From positions 110,670,001 through 110,734,000 of the forward strand of contig NC_043002.1 in NCBI RefSeq assembly GCF_006345805.1: a DNA stretch of 64,000 nucleotides. The letters are read 5' to 3'. This document shows positions 61,780 to 64,000 of the stretch, piece by piece; position 1 is the stretch's first letter; each line of letters starts with the position of its first letter. The position numbers were made by a program, and so were the translations under genes. The stretch is from Octopus sinensis. Its lineage: Eukaryota. The notes below the pieces were generated by a model, which was given only the letters and a program-made list of their open reading frames with translations, ran no database searches and was not told the origin of the DNA.

Positions 61780-62260
61780 GAAGATGTATGCTTAGTAGTA
61801 TTTCCTTTGATTCTTTGTGTCCTGAGTTAAATTCACACCATGGTCAACTTGACCTTTCATCCTTTCAGGATCAATGAAATAAAGTACCTGTCAAATACTG
61901 TGGTCAATGCTACTGACTCCACCCCTCCCCTCCAAATTGCTGGCCTTGTGCCTAAATCAGAGATCATTACTGTTATTTTGTGCCTCTTTAAATTCTTAGT
62001 TCAAATTTCACTTTGGTCAGCTTTACCTTTCATCCTGAGGTTGATGAAATAAGTACAAGTGGAGTACTGAGATTGATGTACTCAGATCTGGAGGCCACAA
62101 CACCCTCCAACACCTTTGACACCTTGTGCCTATGTAAGAAATCATTATCATCGTCATCAATATCACTGAATTCAATTTCACTGTTTGGCTCTACTTCATA
62201 TCCTTCTGGCAATGATGAAATAGATATCAGTTATATACTGGGGTCAATGTAATTTATTAT
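61780..62260 (+). mobile_element. Old SINE-B' fragments in tandem
   Basis: ctttcatcct...atgaaataaagtac... repeated, interrupted at about 62086-62215. Confidence 0.55.
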
Positions 62261-62325
62261 ATCCTTGATTGCGGTGGTAACAGTGTTACTGTTGATGTTG
62301 AAAACATGAAGAATAACAATATATA

Positions 62326-63587
62326 CAGGGGTTGAATAAAATAATGGAACACCTAACATCATAGCATCGTAATTTTGAAATATCTATAAAACCATCAAAA
62401 GCTTGTTTATTTTTATGTTTTTTTATTTATTATTAGTGTTGCTTAATATGTTTTGCTAAAATTGCTGTTTCTTTTCAGATATCGTCATAAAAAGGTAATT
62501 AAAATTCATTAACATGATAGATCTATCAGACTTTCAAAGAGGTCAAATTTTTGGTGCTCGTATGGCAGGTGCTAGCATAATGAAAACAGCTGAAGTGTTT
62601 GGTGTATCAAGAAGTACTGTCTTGAAAGTAATGGCAGCCTTTGAGAAAGAGGAAAAAGACCTCCTTGTTGAAACAAAACTCCGGAAGAAAACCAAAACTT
62701 TCAGATAGGGACCATCAGACTTTTACGCAATTTGTTAGAAAGGATCACAAAAGTACAGCTCCCAAAATTACTGCAGAGCTTAACTACCACCTTGAGAACC
62801 CAGTTTCCGCAAAAACTGTTTGCTAGGAGCTGCACAAAACCGGTTTTCATGGGAGAGCTGCAATTAGAAAACCACTACTTTCAAAAACAAACATTGCAAA
62901 GCATTTAGAGTGGAGTAAAATCCTACAGAATTGGTCCCTAGAGCAGTGGGAAAATGTTATTTTCTTGTACAAGTCATCCTTTACCTTATTTCCAACTACT
63001 GGCCGAGTATACATGTGGAGACAGCCAAAAGAAGTATTTGATCCAGACTACCTTCTTCCAACTGTTAAACATGGAGATGGATCTGTGATGATCTGAGAGG
63101 CTATATCTTGGAAATCTGCTGGCTCAATGGTTTCCCTTCGTGGCAGAATTAATAGTTAAGACTATTTAAGCATTTTATCTGATCAAATTCATCCTATAGT
63201 TGCAGAATTGTTTCCAAAGGGAAATGCAATCTTTCAGGATGATAATGCCCCAATTCAGACAGCTAAAGTTGTTACTGAATGGCACGAGAAACATTCTAGT
63301 GAAGTTGAACATCTTATCTGGGTATCACAGTCCCCGGGTCTCAATATTATTGAACATTTATGGTGCATTTTAGAAAAACAAGTGAAGAGTCGATATCCTC
63401 CACCATCATCACTACAAGAACTGGTGACTGTTTTAGCTGAAGAATGGACAAAAATTCCTTTGGAATCAATTCAAACTTTGTACAAGTCCATACCTCAGAG
63501 AATTCAAACTGTAATTACTGCTAAAGGTGGTCCTACCCCATATTAAAGTAAATTTTAAGGTGTTTCCATTATTTTGTCGAACCCCTG
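62326..63587 (+). mobile_element. Full-length Tc1/mariner DNA transposon (1262 bp) with DD36E spacing
   Basis: TA at 62324-62325 and 63588-63589; ~30-bp imperfect TIRs (caggggttgaataaaataatggaacacct vs caggggttcgacaaaataatggaaacacct); decayed transposase inside. Confidence 0.93.
62514..63546 (+). pseudogene. Tc1-type transposase pseudogene
   Basis: MIDLSDFQRGQ...GVSRSTV (HTH), SGRKPKL, FQDDNAP, SPGLNIIE, AKGGPTPY*. Frameshift near 62650, several in-frame stops, and the first catalytic D is lost (FLYKSS instead of FSDES). Confidence 0.92.
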
Positions 63588-63844
63588 TATAATAATATCA
63601 AATGTAATCTTGTCAGAATAATTCTGTTAGAATGTCTTGCAAACAACTTGCACATGCAAGTGCTACCAGTTAAAAGCTCCGTATACCGGAAGCTAGCAAG
63701 TGTATGGGGTCATCAGGAGAGAATGTGCGCCGTTTCGGGGCCTACCTCTCGACGGCATCAATGCGCACCGGCCCCCCTCACTGATATGAGGCCCCGCTTG
63801 CTAGATCAGCTGGTTATGAAGAACTCAATATACTTCTAGCCATC

Positions 63845-64000
63845 GCTTTAGCATTCAAGTTTCTTTGTCATATATATTGCTTATTTATTCCCAATGTTTT
63901 GAATTAATCATGCATTATCTTGTTGCTTCAAGGTTTCAATACTGCGTTTGTATATCTCTAGAATGGCATTATTAAACAGGTGGAATATTTGGGCCAGATA
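63845..64000. mobile_element. Diverged MITE family E copy, cut by the window end
   Basis: ctttagcattca...ttgaattaatcatgcattatct...gggccagata. Confidence 0.5.

Noticed and set aside
62086-62133. Possible 48-nt symmetric phase-1 DNMBP exon (tcAG|...|GTAAGA)
   Set aside because: The frame is compatible, but there is no polypyrimidine tract and no recognisable peptide; RNA-seq would be needed.

Overview
AT-rich, repeat-dense eukaryotic genomic DNA. It is most likely an octopus (coleoid cephalopod), inferred from SINE families I recall from Octopus genomes; this was not checked against a database. The only host gene I can support is a + strand dynamin-binding protein (DNMBP/Tuba) homologue. Two coding exons are visible (56215-56488 and 58378-60198), encoding five tandem SH3 domains and a proline-rich linker; the DH/BAR part presumably lies beyond the window. 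A CpG-rich promoter-like island at about 31.55-31.75 kb carries a perfect heat-shock element, a kappaB site, a CRE and NRF1-like motifs. The rest is a layered mobile-element landscape: at least four tRNA-derived SINE families, RTE LINE remnants, CR1 and R4/Dong-type 3' ends, Helitron- and Helentron-type non-autonomous elements, piggyBac- and hAT-type MITEs, and a full-length decayed Tc1-type transposon with DD36E spacing. The most striking observation is at 61139-61595, inside a DNMBP intron: two back-to-back long palindromes, embedded in (TA)n, each carrying a type-I hammerhead ribozyme motif on both strands (Penelope-like pseudo-LTR architecture). A third, degenerate hammerhead lies at 883-917. 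Other notable items are 103-115 bp target-site duplications around RTE 3' ends, a PHD-type finger inside the RTE ORF, and a copy-number-variable 67-bp minisatellite in the RTE 3' UTR. There are no CRISPR arrays, rRNA or credible tRNA genes. TE boundaries were read by eye and may be off by several bases.
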